This document shows positions 17,722-25,966 of a stretch of DNA of 43,705 nt, in pieces; position 1 is the stretch's first letter, and the number at the start of each line of letters is the position of its first letter. The notes under the pieces are model-generated. The model did not search any database. It saw nothing but the letters and a program-made list of their open reading frames with translations, and was not told where the DNA came from. The stretch spans positions 15,788-59,492 of the forward strand of contig CAYRGA010000001.1 of assembly GCA_964423705.1 (NCBI GenBank), written 5' to 3'. This DNA comes from an uncultured Oscillospiraceae bacterium (lineage in GTDB: Bacteria; Bacillota; Clostridia; UMGS1810). The position numbers and the translations under genes are program-made.

Positions 17722-17734
17722 CTTAAATTTACTA

Positions 17735-19471
17735 TTATTTATTTGCACTTCTGTCAACATAGTGAGTATGGAGAAGCTCATGTGCCTTATGACTTCCGGG
17801 CTCACCGAAATACTCTTTATACATAAGCTGTATATTCGGGTTCTCATGAGATTTTCTGAGAACAGAAGCTTCGTCCTCGCTGTAAAGAGCTCCTGCTCTT
17901 TTAGCTTTAACGTCAACCACAGCCTTTGTACGTGAATCGACTATCGGCTGTCCGCCGCCGTTTATACAACCACCGGGACATGCCATAATCTCAACGAAGT
18001 CATATTTCTCACCGGCTTTAATCTTATCAAGAATAACTCTTGCATTCTTTGTACCGTGAGCAACCGCAACCTTAACATCCTTTCCGGCGATTTTAAGTGT
18101 AGCTTCCTTAACGCCTTCAAGACCTCTTACCTCGGTTATATTCAGGTTATCGAGCGGCTTCTTTTCCAGAATCTCATACACTGTACGGATTGCAGCTTCC
18201 ATAACACCGCCTGTCGTACCGAAGATAACGCCGGCACCTGTAGCAGCTCCGAACGGCTGGTCAAACTCTTCGTCCGGAAGATTTGCAAAGTCGATACCTG
18301 CCTGCTTAATCATTCTGGCAAGCTCTCTTGTGGTGAGAGAAACATCGATATCCTGTGTTCCGTCGGTTGAAAATTCATCTCTGCTTGCTTCAAATTTCTT
18401 TGATGTACAAGGCATGATGGCCACAGAATATATCTTATTCTTATCGATACCCGATTTCTCTGCATAATAAGACTTAATAACCGCACCGAACATTTCCATA
18501 GGCGATTTGCATGAGGACAAATTACCCAAAAATTCCGGATAGTAGTGCTCACAGAATTTAACCCAACCGGGTGAACATGAAGTGATAATCGGGAGATTTT
18601 CCTGTTTGGTGAATCTCTCTATAAACTCTGTACCCTCCTCCATAATGGTAAGGTCGGCACTTGTATCTGTATCAAATACCTTATCAAAGCCAAGGCGTCT
18701 TAAAGCAGCTACCATCTTTCCGGTAACCGGTGTTCCCATCGGAAGACCGAATTCCTCGCCGAGAGCGGCACGAACTGCCGGAGCAGTCTGTACAACCACG
18801 TGCTTTTCGGGGTCGTCTATAGCGCTTATAACCTTCGGGATATCATTCTTTTCGGTAAGAGCTCCTACCGGACATGAAACTATACACTGACCGCAGAATA
18901 TACATCCCACATCCTTGATATCCTTTTCAAATGTAGATGTAATGTGTGTTTTAAATCCTCTGTCAGCACAGTCGATAACCGAAACTGTCTGATTCTTACA
19001 AGCCGCTATGCAACGACGGCAAAGTATACATTTGTTGTTATCTCTCACAAGTGAAGTAGACGTATTATCGAGCGGATAGCTGATATTTTCGCCTTCATAT
19101 CTGAGCTCGTCGATACCAAGCTCCTCAGAGAGCTGCTGAAGCTCACAGTTTCTGTTTCTTACACAGGTAAGACATTTCTTTTCGTGGTTTGAAAGGATAA
19201 GTTCCAGTGTGTCGCGTCTTGCCTTTCTTACCTTAGCCGAATTTGTATAAATCTCCAAGCCTTCCGAAACGGGATATACACACGCAGCCTGAAGTGCTCT
19301 GGCTCCCTTTATCTCTACAAGACACATTCTGCATGCACCTATCTGATTGATATCCTTGAGATAACAAAGCGTAGGTATGTGAACATTTGCATCTCTTGCA
19401 GCATCAAGGATGGTGTAAGATGCAGGAACGCTGTATTCTTTATCATTAATTTTAATATTTACCATATCCAT
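17735..19471 (-). CDS. hydA: [FeFe]-hydrogenase catalytic subunit, HydABC/Hnd (NADH/ferredoxin-linked, bifurcating-type) class
   Basis: N-terminal plant-type 2Fe-2S domain and several 4Fe-4S motifs. H-cluster motifs are ITSCSPGW, IMPCTSKKFE and EIMACPGGCINGGGQP. RBS AAGGAGGG. Confidence 0.95.
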   Translation of the reverse strand: MDMVNIKINDKEYSVPASYTILDAARDANVHIPTLCYLKDINQIGACRMCLVEIKGARALQAACVYPVSEGLEIYTNSAKVRKARRDTLELILSNHEKKCLTCVRNRNCELQQLSEELGIDELRYEGENISYPLDNTSTSLVRDNNKCILCRRCIAACKNQTVSVIDCADRGFKTHITSTFEKDIKDVGCIFCGQCIVSCPVGALTEKNDIPKVISAIDDPEKHVVVQTAPAVRAALGEEFGLPMGTPVTGKMVAALRRLGFDKVFDTDTSADLTIMEEGTEFIERFTKQENLPIITSCSPGWVKFCEHYYPEFLGNLSSCKSPMEMFGAVIKSYYAEKSGIDKNKIYSVAIMPCTSKKFEASRDEFSTDGTQDIDVSLTTRELARMIKQAGIDFANLPDEEFDQPFGAATGAGVIFGTTGGVMEAAIRTVYEILEKKPLDNLNITEVRGLEGVKEATLKIAGKDVKVAVAHGTKNARVILDKIKAGEKYDFVEIMACPGGCINGGGQPIVDSRTKAVVDVKAKRAGALYSEDEASVLRKSHENPNIQLMYKEYFGEPGSHKAHELLHTHYVDRSANK

Positions 19472-19486
19472 CTTATGTACCCTCCT

Positions 19487-21280
19487 TTATTTTATAATAG
19501 CATTCTTAGGACAGTTATCCACGCAAACGCCGCATTTAACGCATTTTTCGGAATCAATGTAATGAACCTTCTTGATTTCGCCGGAAATAGCACCGACCGG
19601 ACAGTTTCTCGCACACTTGGTACATCCGATACATTTATCCTGGTCAATCTTATAGGAGATAAGCGCCTTACATACACCGGCAGGACATTTCTTGTCCACA
19701 ACGTGTGCAACATACTCATCTCTGAAATATCTCAACGTACTGAGAATCGGGTTCGGTGCAGTCTGTCCCAGACCGCAAAGTGCGGAATCCTTTATACTGT
19801 AGCAAAGCTCTTCGAGCTTGTCAATATCCTCAAGTGTACCCTCGCCCTTTGTAATCTTATTGAGTATTTCCAAAAGACGCTTTGTACCTATACGGCACGG
19901 AGCACATTTACCGCAGGATTCATCAACGGTAAATTCAAGGAAGAATTTCGCGATATCAACCATACAGTTATCCTCGTCCATTACGATAAGACCGCCGGAG
20001 CCCATCATCGAACCGATGCTGATGAGTGAATCATAGTCAATCGGTGTATCAATAAGGGATGCCGGTATACATCCGCCGGAAGGACCTCCCGTCTGAGCTG
20101 CTTTAAACTGCTTGCCATTTGGAATACCTCCGCCTATATCATATACGATTTCACGAAGCGTGGTACCCATGGGGATTTCCACAAGACCGGTATTGTTAAT
20201 CTTACCGCCGACAGCGAATACCTTGGTACCCTTACTCTTTTCTGTTCCTATTTCAGCAAACCATTTTGCACCGTTATTTATAATAGCAGTGATGTTTGCA
20301 TAGGTTTCAACGTTGTTAAGCAGTGTAGGCTTGCCGAAAAGTCCCTTGACAGCCGGGAACGGCGGTCTCGGTCTTGGCTCACCTCTGTGACCTTCGATAG
20401 AGGTCATAAGTGCTGTTTCCTCACCGCAGACAAACGCACCTGCACCGAGTCTTAATTCAAGTTCAAAGTTAAAGCCGGTATCAAATATATTTTTACCGAG
20501 CAAGCCGTACTCTCTTGCCTGCTTTATAGCCATATTAAGTCTGTTTACAGCTATCGGGTACTCAGCTCTGATGTAGATGTAGCCCTGGTCTGCGCCTACT
20601 GCGTATGCAGCAATGGCCATAGCCTCTATAACAGAGTGCGGGTCACCCTCCAAAACGCTTCTGTCCATGAATGCACCGGGGTCACCCTCGTCGGCATTAC
20701 ATGCTACGAATTTCTTGTCACCTTGTGAGTTAGCGGTAAACTGCCATTTAAGTCCGGTCGGGAATCCGCCGCCGCCGCGGCCTCTGAGACCGGATTCTTT
20801 AATTTCATCGATTACTTCCTGCGGTTTCATCTCGGTAAGAACCTTTCCGAGAGCGGTATATCCGCCGAAAGCTATGTATTCGTCAATTGCCTCAGGGTTT
20901 ATAACACCACAGTTTCTGAGTGCGACACGCTGCTGCTTTTTATAAAAGTCAACCTCGTTAAGCGACTTAATGTTGTCCTCGTCAACCACAGTTTCCTTGT
21001 AAAGCAATCTTTTAACGATTCTGCCCTTTAAAAGATGTTCTTCTACGATTTCTTCAACGTCGTCCTCCTGAACCATGCTGTAAAAAGCACCCTCGGGATA
21101 TACGATGACAATCGGACCCAAAGCGCACAGACCGAAGCAACCTGTCTGAATAACCTTGATTTCCTCGGACAGACCTTTTTCTGCCAAACTGTCTTCAAAT
21201 TTCTTTATAATTTTGCCGCTTCCCGATGAGGTACATCCGGTACCGCCACAGACAAGGACATGAGCTCTTGCTAATTCCAT
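19487..21280 (-). CDS. hydB: NuoF-like flavoprotein subunit (FMN/NAD(H) binding) with an N-terminal thioredoxin-like 2Fe-2S domain and a C-terminal 2x[4Fe-4S] domain
   Basis: VLVCGGTGC..TGCFGLC; GRGGGGFPTGLKW; ESCGKCAPCR; C-terminal CIGCTKCARNCP and CVKCGVCVDNCP. Confidence 0.95.
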   Translation of the reverse strand: MELARAHVLVCGGTGCTSSGSGKIIKKFEDSLAEKGLSEEIKVIQTGCFGLCALGPIVIVYPEGAFYSMVQEDDVEEIVEEHLLKGRIVKRLLYKETVVDEDNIKSLNEVDFYKKQQRVALRNCGVINPEAIDEYIAFGGYTALGKVLTEMKPQEVIDEIKESGLRGRGGGGFPTGLKWQFTANSQGDKKFVACNADEGDPGAFMDRSVLEGDPHSVIEAMAIAAYAVGADQGYIYIRAEYPIAVNRLNMAIKQAREYGLLGKNIFDTGFNFELELRLGAGAFVCGEETALMTSIEGHRGEPRPRPPFPAVKGLFGKPTLLNNVETYANITAIINNGAKWFAEIGTEKSKGTKVFAVGGKINNTGLVEIPMGTTLREIVYDIGGGIPNGKQFKAAQTGGPSGGCIPASLIDTPIDYDSLISIGSMMGSGGLIVMDEDNCMVDIAKFFLEFTVDESCGKCAPCRIGTKRLLEILNKITKGEGTLEDIDKLEELCYSIKDSALCGLGQTAPNPILSTLRYFRDEYVAHVVDKKCPAGVCKALISYKIDQDKCIGCTKCARNCPVGAISGEIKKVHYIDSEKCVKCGVCVDNCPKNAIIK

Positions 21281-21299
21281 CTGAAAGTTTCCTCCTTAT

Positions 21300-21671
21300 T
21301 TATTTGTTCGCACCGATAGTATATTCAGAAACGACTTTTCCGTTTACGACCGTTTCATTTACCATCTTCACAGCTTTTTCGGCAGTCATCTCAACATAAG
21401 TGATTTTCTCACTGCCCGGCATATAAACCTCAACAATCGGCTCATATTTACACATACCTATGCAGCCTGTCTGTGTAACATATACGCTGTCTGTGAGATT
21501 TCTCTTTTCGATTTCGTCCATTATTGCCTTAAGTACAGGTCTTGCTCCTGCCGCGATACCGCAGGTTGCCATTCCCACAACTATGCGGATGCTGTCTTCG
21601 CTTTCTTTTCTGAGATTTACCTTTGCCAAGGTCTTATTTCTCAATTCCTCCAACTGAGCTAAGCTTTTCAT
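21300..21671 (-). CDS. hydD: Small thioredoxin-like ferredoxin subunit (HydD/HndB-type) with only three Cys
   Basis: 123 aa. Motifs GMATCG....TGCIGMC. Positioned between the ATPase gene and hydB, as in Hnd/Hyd tetrameric clusters. Confidence 0.8.
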   Translation of the reverse strand: MKSLAQLEELRNKTLAKVNLRKESEDSIRIVVGMATCGIAAGARPVLKAIMDEIEKRNLTDSVYVTQTGCIGMCKYEPIVEVYMPGSEKITYVEMTAEKAVKMVNETVVNGKVVSEYTIGANK

Positions 21672-22226
21672 TTATAAAGCACCTCCATATAATTTTTGTG
21701 TTTCTTCCCTAATATAGTCCTCAATCCATTTAAGAACATCGATTTCACTCAGTGCAATATCACTGCCGAGTACCTTCCGTATCTCTGCGGTGGAAAGTTC
21801 AAAGGCTTCACCGTTACAGGTGTGCCTGTACACATAATCGATTTTATCGTTTCCTCCGATAAGTGTACTCATGGTGGAAGCCATGTCACCGAGCGGCTGA
21901 CGGTCGATACTGTCATATATCAAAACCGCCGTAACCCTTGTACCGACACCGCGCTCCGACTCGACCCTAAAGTTTCCGCCCGTAAGCTCACACGCATTTT
22001 TAAAGAGCGAAAGTCCGAGTCCCACCTTGCGTGTCGTCCTCGTAGTTCTGAACGGATTTACCACATCACTCAGAAATTCCTTGTCCATACCGCAGCCGTT
22101 GTCATTTATCACTATTGTAAGAGTATCCGCGCTTACATTCTCATCAACCTCAATCTCTATAAGCGTTGCTTTGGCTTTTACGGAATTTTGAGCAATGTCC
22201 AAAATATGCAGTGATAATTCGGTCAT
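21672..22226 (-). CDS. Stand-alone GHKL (histidine-kinase-like) ATPase domain protein embedded in the hydrogenase structural genes
   Basis: ATG at 22226 (MTELSLHILDIAQNS), after GGAG. N-box HILDIAQNS, G1 DNGCGM, G2 GLGLSL. No DHp/His phospho-acceptor region. Confidence 0.8.
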   Translation of the reverse strand: MTELSLHILDIAQNSVKAKATLIEIEVDENVSADTLTIVINDNGCGMDKEFLSDVVNPFRTTRTTRKVGLGLSLFKNACELTGGNFRVESERGVGTRVTAVLIYDSIDRQPLGDMASTMSTLIGGNDKIDYVYRHTCNGEAFELSTAEIRKVLGSDIALSEIDVLKWIEDYIREETQKLYGGAL

Positions 22227-22353
22227 AATAATCTCCGTATATAATTTAAGATATATCAGTATGCTTTTTTTGCCATTTACACAAAGCACATTCGGTATTA
22301 TAATTATTGATAGTGGATAACGCCGTCCATGCGTGCCGTAAATCAGCTATGTA

Positions 22354-22845
22354 TTACATATATTTGGCAAGAATGTCATCGACATCGTCCACGGTAAGTC
22401 TGCCGTAAACCTCATCGTTGACAGTGAGTACCGGCGCAAGACCGCATGCACCTATACAACGAGTGGCATCAAGCGAGAATTTTCCGTCTGCCGTACATTC
22501 GCCGACATCAATACCGAGTCTCTGCTTGATTCTTTCGATTATATCACCGCTGCCCTTAACGTAGCAGGCGGTACCGAGACAGACTGCGACCTGATACTGA
22601 CCCTTTGGATAAATTGAAAACTGCGTGTAAAATGTAACAACGCCGTAAATCTCCGACATCGGTATATCAAGTCCGTCGGAAATCTTCTGCTGTACTTCCT
22701 TCGGGAGATATCCGAAGATATCCTGTGCCTCATGAAGAACAGGTATAAGTGCGCCTTCAGTGCCCTTATACTTCTCAATTACATTTTTAAGTTTTTCGTC
22801 TTGTTCTGCTGTGCTTACAAAAGCCGGAGCTTTTATTTCACTCAT
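22354..22845 (-). CDS. hydC: NuoE-like 2Fe-2S subunit of the hydrogenase
   Basis: 163 aa. Motifs CLGTACYVKG ... CIGACGLAPV. RBS GAGGGGG. Confidence 0.9.
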   Translation of the reverse strand: MSEIKAPAFVSTAEQDEKLKNVIEKYKGTEGALIPVLHEAQDIFGYLPKEVQQKISDGLDIPMSEIYGVVTFYTQFSIYPKGQYQVAVCLGTACYVKGSGDIIERIKQRLGIDVGECTADGKFSLDATRCIGACGLAPVLTVNDEVYGRLTVDDVDDILAKYM

Positions 22846-22944
22846 GCGTAAACCCCCTCATAATTTGTTTTATATTTGTTTTATAAAAATTAACACACAA
22901 ACTCATAATAAGTATAACATATTTTTATTTATTTCGCCATTATT

Positions 22945-23700
22945 TTAATCACTGTTATACAAATTCGTCGTTTTGCATAATTGTTTTGTTTTTTTACCTT
23001 CTAGTTTTGTGATTATTTGCCGTAGATTGTTGCTCTCCACATCGATATAATACTCTTTTTCATGTATATCCCACAGAAAATGTGCATCGGAATCGTGTAT
23101 CATCATATATTTGTCGATTCTGTTTGTAAGCGAAAGCCTGTTTATGCTTGACGGATTCTTTATTTCAACCGTTGAAAGCTCCAATTCCTCGGGTATTAGA
23201 CCGAGATTCGATACAAGGCTGTAGGAATCCTTGTCAATATGTGCCGGAATTATAACTCCGCCCAGACCTCTGACACATTCCGCAGCACGGTATACGTCAA
23301 GCTTTGAAGCAGTAATCAATAAATTTTCAAGTGTGCCCACCGCATTGTCATTTTCATCCATAATTATCTGTTCACCGAATATATCGGCTCGGTTTTTGAC
23401 CGGCGGCATGCTTGATGTCACTATATCGTCAAGCTCCTCAAGTGCCTCCACATTATCAAACAATGCCAGCATGTGAACCTCCTCGGAGGTTTCAAGCTCC
23501 ATTCCGGGAATGACGATAAGCGAAGTTTCCTGTGCACACTTCATGCATGCACGCACATTTTTCGCCGAATTATGGTCTGTGACCGCAATGGCATCCAAGC
23601 CCTTTAACAATGCCATGTTTACTATGTTGTTCGGTGTCATGTCATTGTCACCGCATGGTGACAGTGCAGAATGAATATGAAAATCATAATACAGTTTCAT
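22945..23700 (-). CDS. PHP-domain (polymerase/histidinol-phosphatase fold) metal-dependent phosphoesterase
   Basis: YDFHIHSALSPCGDNDMTP, AVTDHNS and a later HDSDAH motif. ATGA overlap with the upstream DRTGG gene. Confidence 0.85.
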   Translation of the reverse strand: MKLYYDFHIHSALSPCGDNDMTPNNIVNMALLKGLDAIAVTDHNSAKNVRACMKCAQETSLIVIPGMELETSEEVHMLALFDNVEALEELDDIVTSSMPPVKNRADIFGEQIIMDENDNAVGTLENLLITASKLDVYRAAECVRGLGGVIIPAHIDKDSYSLVSNLGLIPEELELSTVEIKNPSSINRLSLTNRIDKYMMIHDSDAHFLWDIHEKEYYIDVESNNLRQIITKLEGKKTKQLCKTTNLYNSD

Positions 23701-24023
23701 ATCAGCTTACCTATTTCAACACACAGCTCATATGCGGGAAGCTGAGTTCTCAAAATGGTGACATTTTCGCTTTTTGCCTTTTCGGCAACTGACTCATCCA
23801 CGCTCATACCCTGTGCAATTATTATACAGCTGGGTTCCGTAAGTACGGCTATTGCCGCAATGTTGATATTGGTCTGAACGGTTACCCACACGTTATTACT
23901 GCTTATATTCGACATACAGTGGCTCAGTAAATCCGAGCAGTAGCAGCCCTCCGCCGTTACCGACATATCACCCTCGGACACCACCTCAAGCTTTAATTCG
24001 TTTTTCAGTTCTTCTACCGTCAT
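23697..24023 (-). CDS. Single-domain DRTGG protein (copy 2)
   Basis: 108 aa. Shares the pattern of copy 1 (CSDLLSHCMSN.., VWVTVQTNINIAAIAVLTEPSCIIIAQG, ILRTQLPAYELCVEIGKL). Overlaps the genes on both sides by ATGA. Confidence 0.7.
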   Translation of the reverse strand: MTVEELKNELKLEVVSEGDMSVTAEGCYCSDLLSHCMSNISSNNVWVTVQTNINIAAIAVLTEPSCIIIAQGMSVDESVAEKAKSENVTILRTQLPAYELCVEIGKLI

Positions 24024-25312
24024 TTTTTATCACCGCCATTATCGGTATGCATTACGTCATTTGCAAACCTTAATATTTTCTCTTTAAATTTTATTATGCA
24101 GTCATCCTCCGCAGCATATCCGCGCACGACATCCTCTGCCAGCGAACGGCAGGTGGGCGAACCACAGGAGCCGCAGTCAAGCTTCGGAAGTCCCTCATAG
24201 ATTTCTTCAATTTTCGCGAGCTTCTGCATTGCGACAAGCATGTTGTCGTCCAAATTGAGCTTTGATTCAAAGGGAATGGGCGAGTCCCACATAAAGCTAC
24301 ACGGTGTTTCCTCATCGAAGTCGACACCGTTTTCATTGGTGCTTTTGAGCGCAAGATTTTTAACACGTCTTTTCGCCACAAAACCGTTTTCTACATTTAA
24401 AGGACCTCCCACACAGCCGCCGGTACAGGCGAGAAGCTCTATGAATTTTATATCCTTTAATCGATTGTTTTCGATTTCGTCCAGTATCTTGAGTACATTG
24501 TGTATGCCGTCCACTGCGATGTAATTATCGCCGCCGTTTGCAGCCGCCTCACCGCCGCTGTTTGCCCAGCATATCCCCGAAAAGCCTGCTTTTGAAAGCT
24601 TTTCTATATTATCATTATCCTTGAGATACGGCAGAATTTTAAGATATACATCCTTTACGGAAAAGGTACCGTCTATATTCGTCATTGACAAACCAATCGG
24701 ATAACGTGCACAGGTTGCCTTTGCGGCACAGGGCGTTATGAAAATCAAGCCTATCTCCTCACTTTTAAATCCTGTCTTTTCCATCGCCTCTTTTCTTGCA
24801 AGCTTGGCTGCCAGCTGCATGGGTGATATAAGTGGAACCACATTATTTATAAGGTTCGGAAATCGCGTAGCTATGAGCTTAACCACAGCCGGGCATGCCG
24901 AATTTATAGCCGGCGTTTCCAAGTGCTTTAAATCCATGAGCTTTTTCGTTTCACGTGTAATCATCTGGGCCGCATATGCGACCTCGTACACATGGTCAAA
25001 GCCAATCTTAAGCAAAGCATTTAATATGACGTCGATATCCTCCGCCTGCGCAAACTGCCCATAAAAGGTAGGCGCGGGCAGAGCCACCGTGTATTTGAAA
25101 TCCTTTAGCCGCTCCAAGCTGTCCGTCACGGCTTTTTTCGCGTGATACGGGCAAATCCGTATACATTCGCCGCAGTCAATGCACTTTTCTTTTAAAATTT
25201 TCGCCTTTCCGTTTTGAACACGTATCGCCTGTGTCGGACAGGTTTTGATGCAGTTCGTGCACCCCTTGCACTTATCTCTGTCCAACAGCACCGAATGTCT
25301 GATATCTTCCAT
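24020..25312 (-). CDS. HydS-like (putative sensory) [FeFe]-hydrogenase paralogue with a 2x[4Fe-4S] domain, H-domain and C-terminal CX2CX4CX16C Fe-S domain
   Basis: CKGCTNCIKTCP and CIDCGECIRICP. H-domain motifs NSACP, ITPCAAKATC and ELLACTGGCVGGP. Tail CGSCGSPTC-X16-C. I chose the ATG at 25312 (MEDIRHSV), after AAGGATGGTGA. Confidence 0.85.
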   Translation of the reverse strand: MEDIRHSVLLDRDKCKGCTNCIKTCPTQAIRVQNGKAKILKEKCIDCGECIRICPYHAKKAVTDSLERLKDFKYTVALPAPTFYGQFAQAEDIDVILNALLKIGFDHVYEVAYAAQMITRETKKLMDLKHLETPAINSACPAVVKLIATRFPNLINNVVPLISPMQLAAKLARKEAMEKTGFKSEEIGLIFITPCAAKATCARYPIGLSMTNIDGTFSVKDVYLKILPYLKDNDNIEKLSKAGFSGICWANSGGEAAANGGDNYIAVDGIHNVLKILDEIENNRLKDIKFIELLACTGGCVGGPLNVENGFVAKRRVKNLALKSTNENGVDFDEETPCSFMWDSPIPFESKLNLDDNMLVAMQKLAKIEEIYEGLPKLDCGSCGSPTCRSLAEDVVRGYAAEDDCIIKFKEKILRFANDVMHTDNGGDKK

Positions 25313-25461
25313 TTCTTCACCATCCTTCAAAAAGGAATTTTAAAAATATAAACTTAACGAAAATAACAACCGCCCATAGTCTAATCTGCGTATTCAACCG
25401 CAAATACCCATTGCCGTGCAATAATTATGTAAACGCAGTTGCAGCGGATTCAGTGTTAAGC

Positions 25462-25887
25462 TTATTGGCTGATATTTACTATCATTTCGACCGTGGTTCC
25501 GACCCCGACCTCTGTTTCTATATTAATATAATCTGTGTATTTTCGCATATTCGGAAGACCCATACCGGCACCGAATCCCAGCTCTCGAACTCGGTCTGTA
25601 GCTGTGGAATACCCTTCTGTCATGGCAAGGTCTATATTCTTTATACCCGGCCCGCGGTCACGCAGAAACATATGTATTTTCTCCGGCGAAATCTCCACAT
25701 CTATAACTCCGCCGTTTGCATGAATTACCATGTTAATCTCACCCTCGTACATTGCAATTGTCGCTTTTCTGGCTATCTGCGGGTCTATGCCGAGCTGCAC
25801 GAGCACTTTTTTTAAATTCCGTGATGCCTCCCCCGCTACCGTGAAGTCATCTCCGTCCACATTGTAGCTGAGCTTGTATCCCTCCAT
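25462..25887 (-). CDS. SpoIIAB/RsbW-like anti-sigma-type Ser/Thr kinase (GHKL ATPase, 141 aa)
   Basis: N-box MYEGEINMVIHA, G1 DRGPGI, G2 GFGAGMGL. RBS AAGGAGGG. Confidence 0.8.
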   Translation of the reverse strand: MEGYKLSYNVDGDDFTVAGEASRNLKKVLVQLGIDPQIARKATIAMYEGEINMVIHANGGVIDVEISPEKIHMFLRDRGPGIKNIDLAMTEGYSTATDRVRELGFGAGMGLPNMRKYTDYINIETEVGVGTTVEMIVNISQ

Positions 25888-25966
25888 GCAATCCCTCCTT
25901 ATTTCAGTGTAAGACTAAAACGCAAGCAAAATAAACCGCCTTAAAAAAGACAGTGTCCGCTTTTTG

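Noticed and set aside
17677-17916. A 79-aa ORF overlapping the hydA 3' end and its terminator. The same applies to the 78-aa ORF at 26500-26736 and the 67-aa ORF at 31560-31763.
   Set aside because: These are out-of-frame overlaps with strongly supported genes or terminator hairpins, and they have no RBS.
22846-22944. A Rex operator upstream of hydC (TTTGTGTGTTAATTTTTATAAAACAAA).
   Set aside because: Only the outer TTTGT/ACAAA arms are symmetric. Neither the half-sites nor the spacing fit the Rex consensus, and the region is AT-rich enough for this to be chance. It is mentioned only under the spacer finding.
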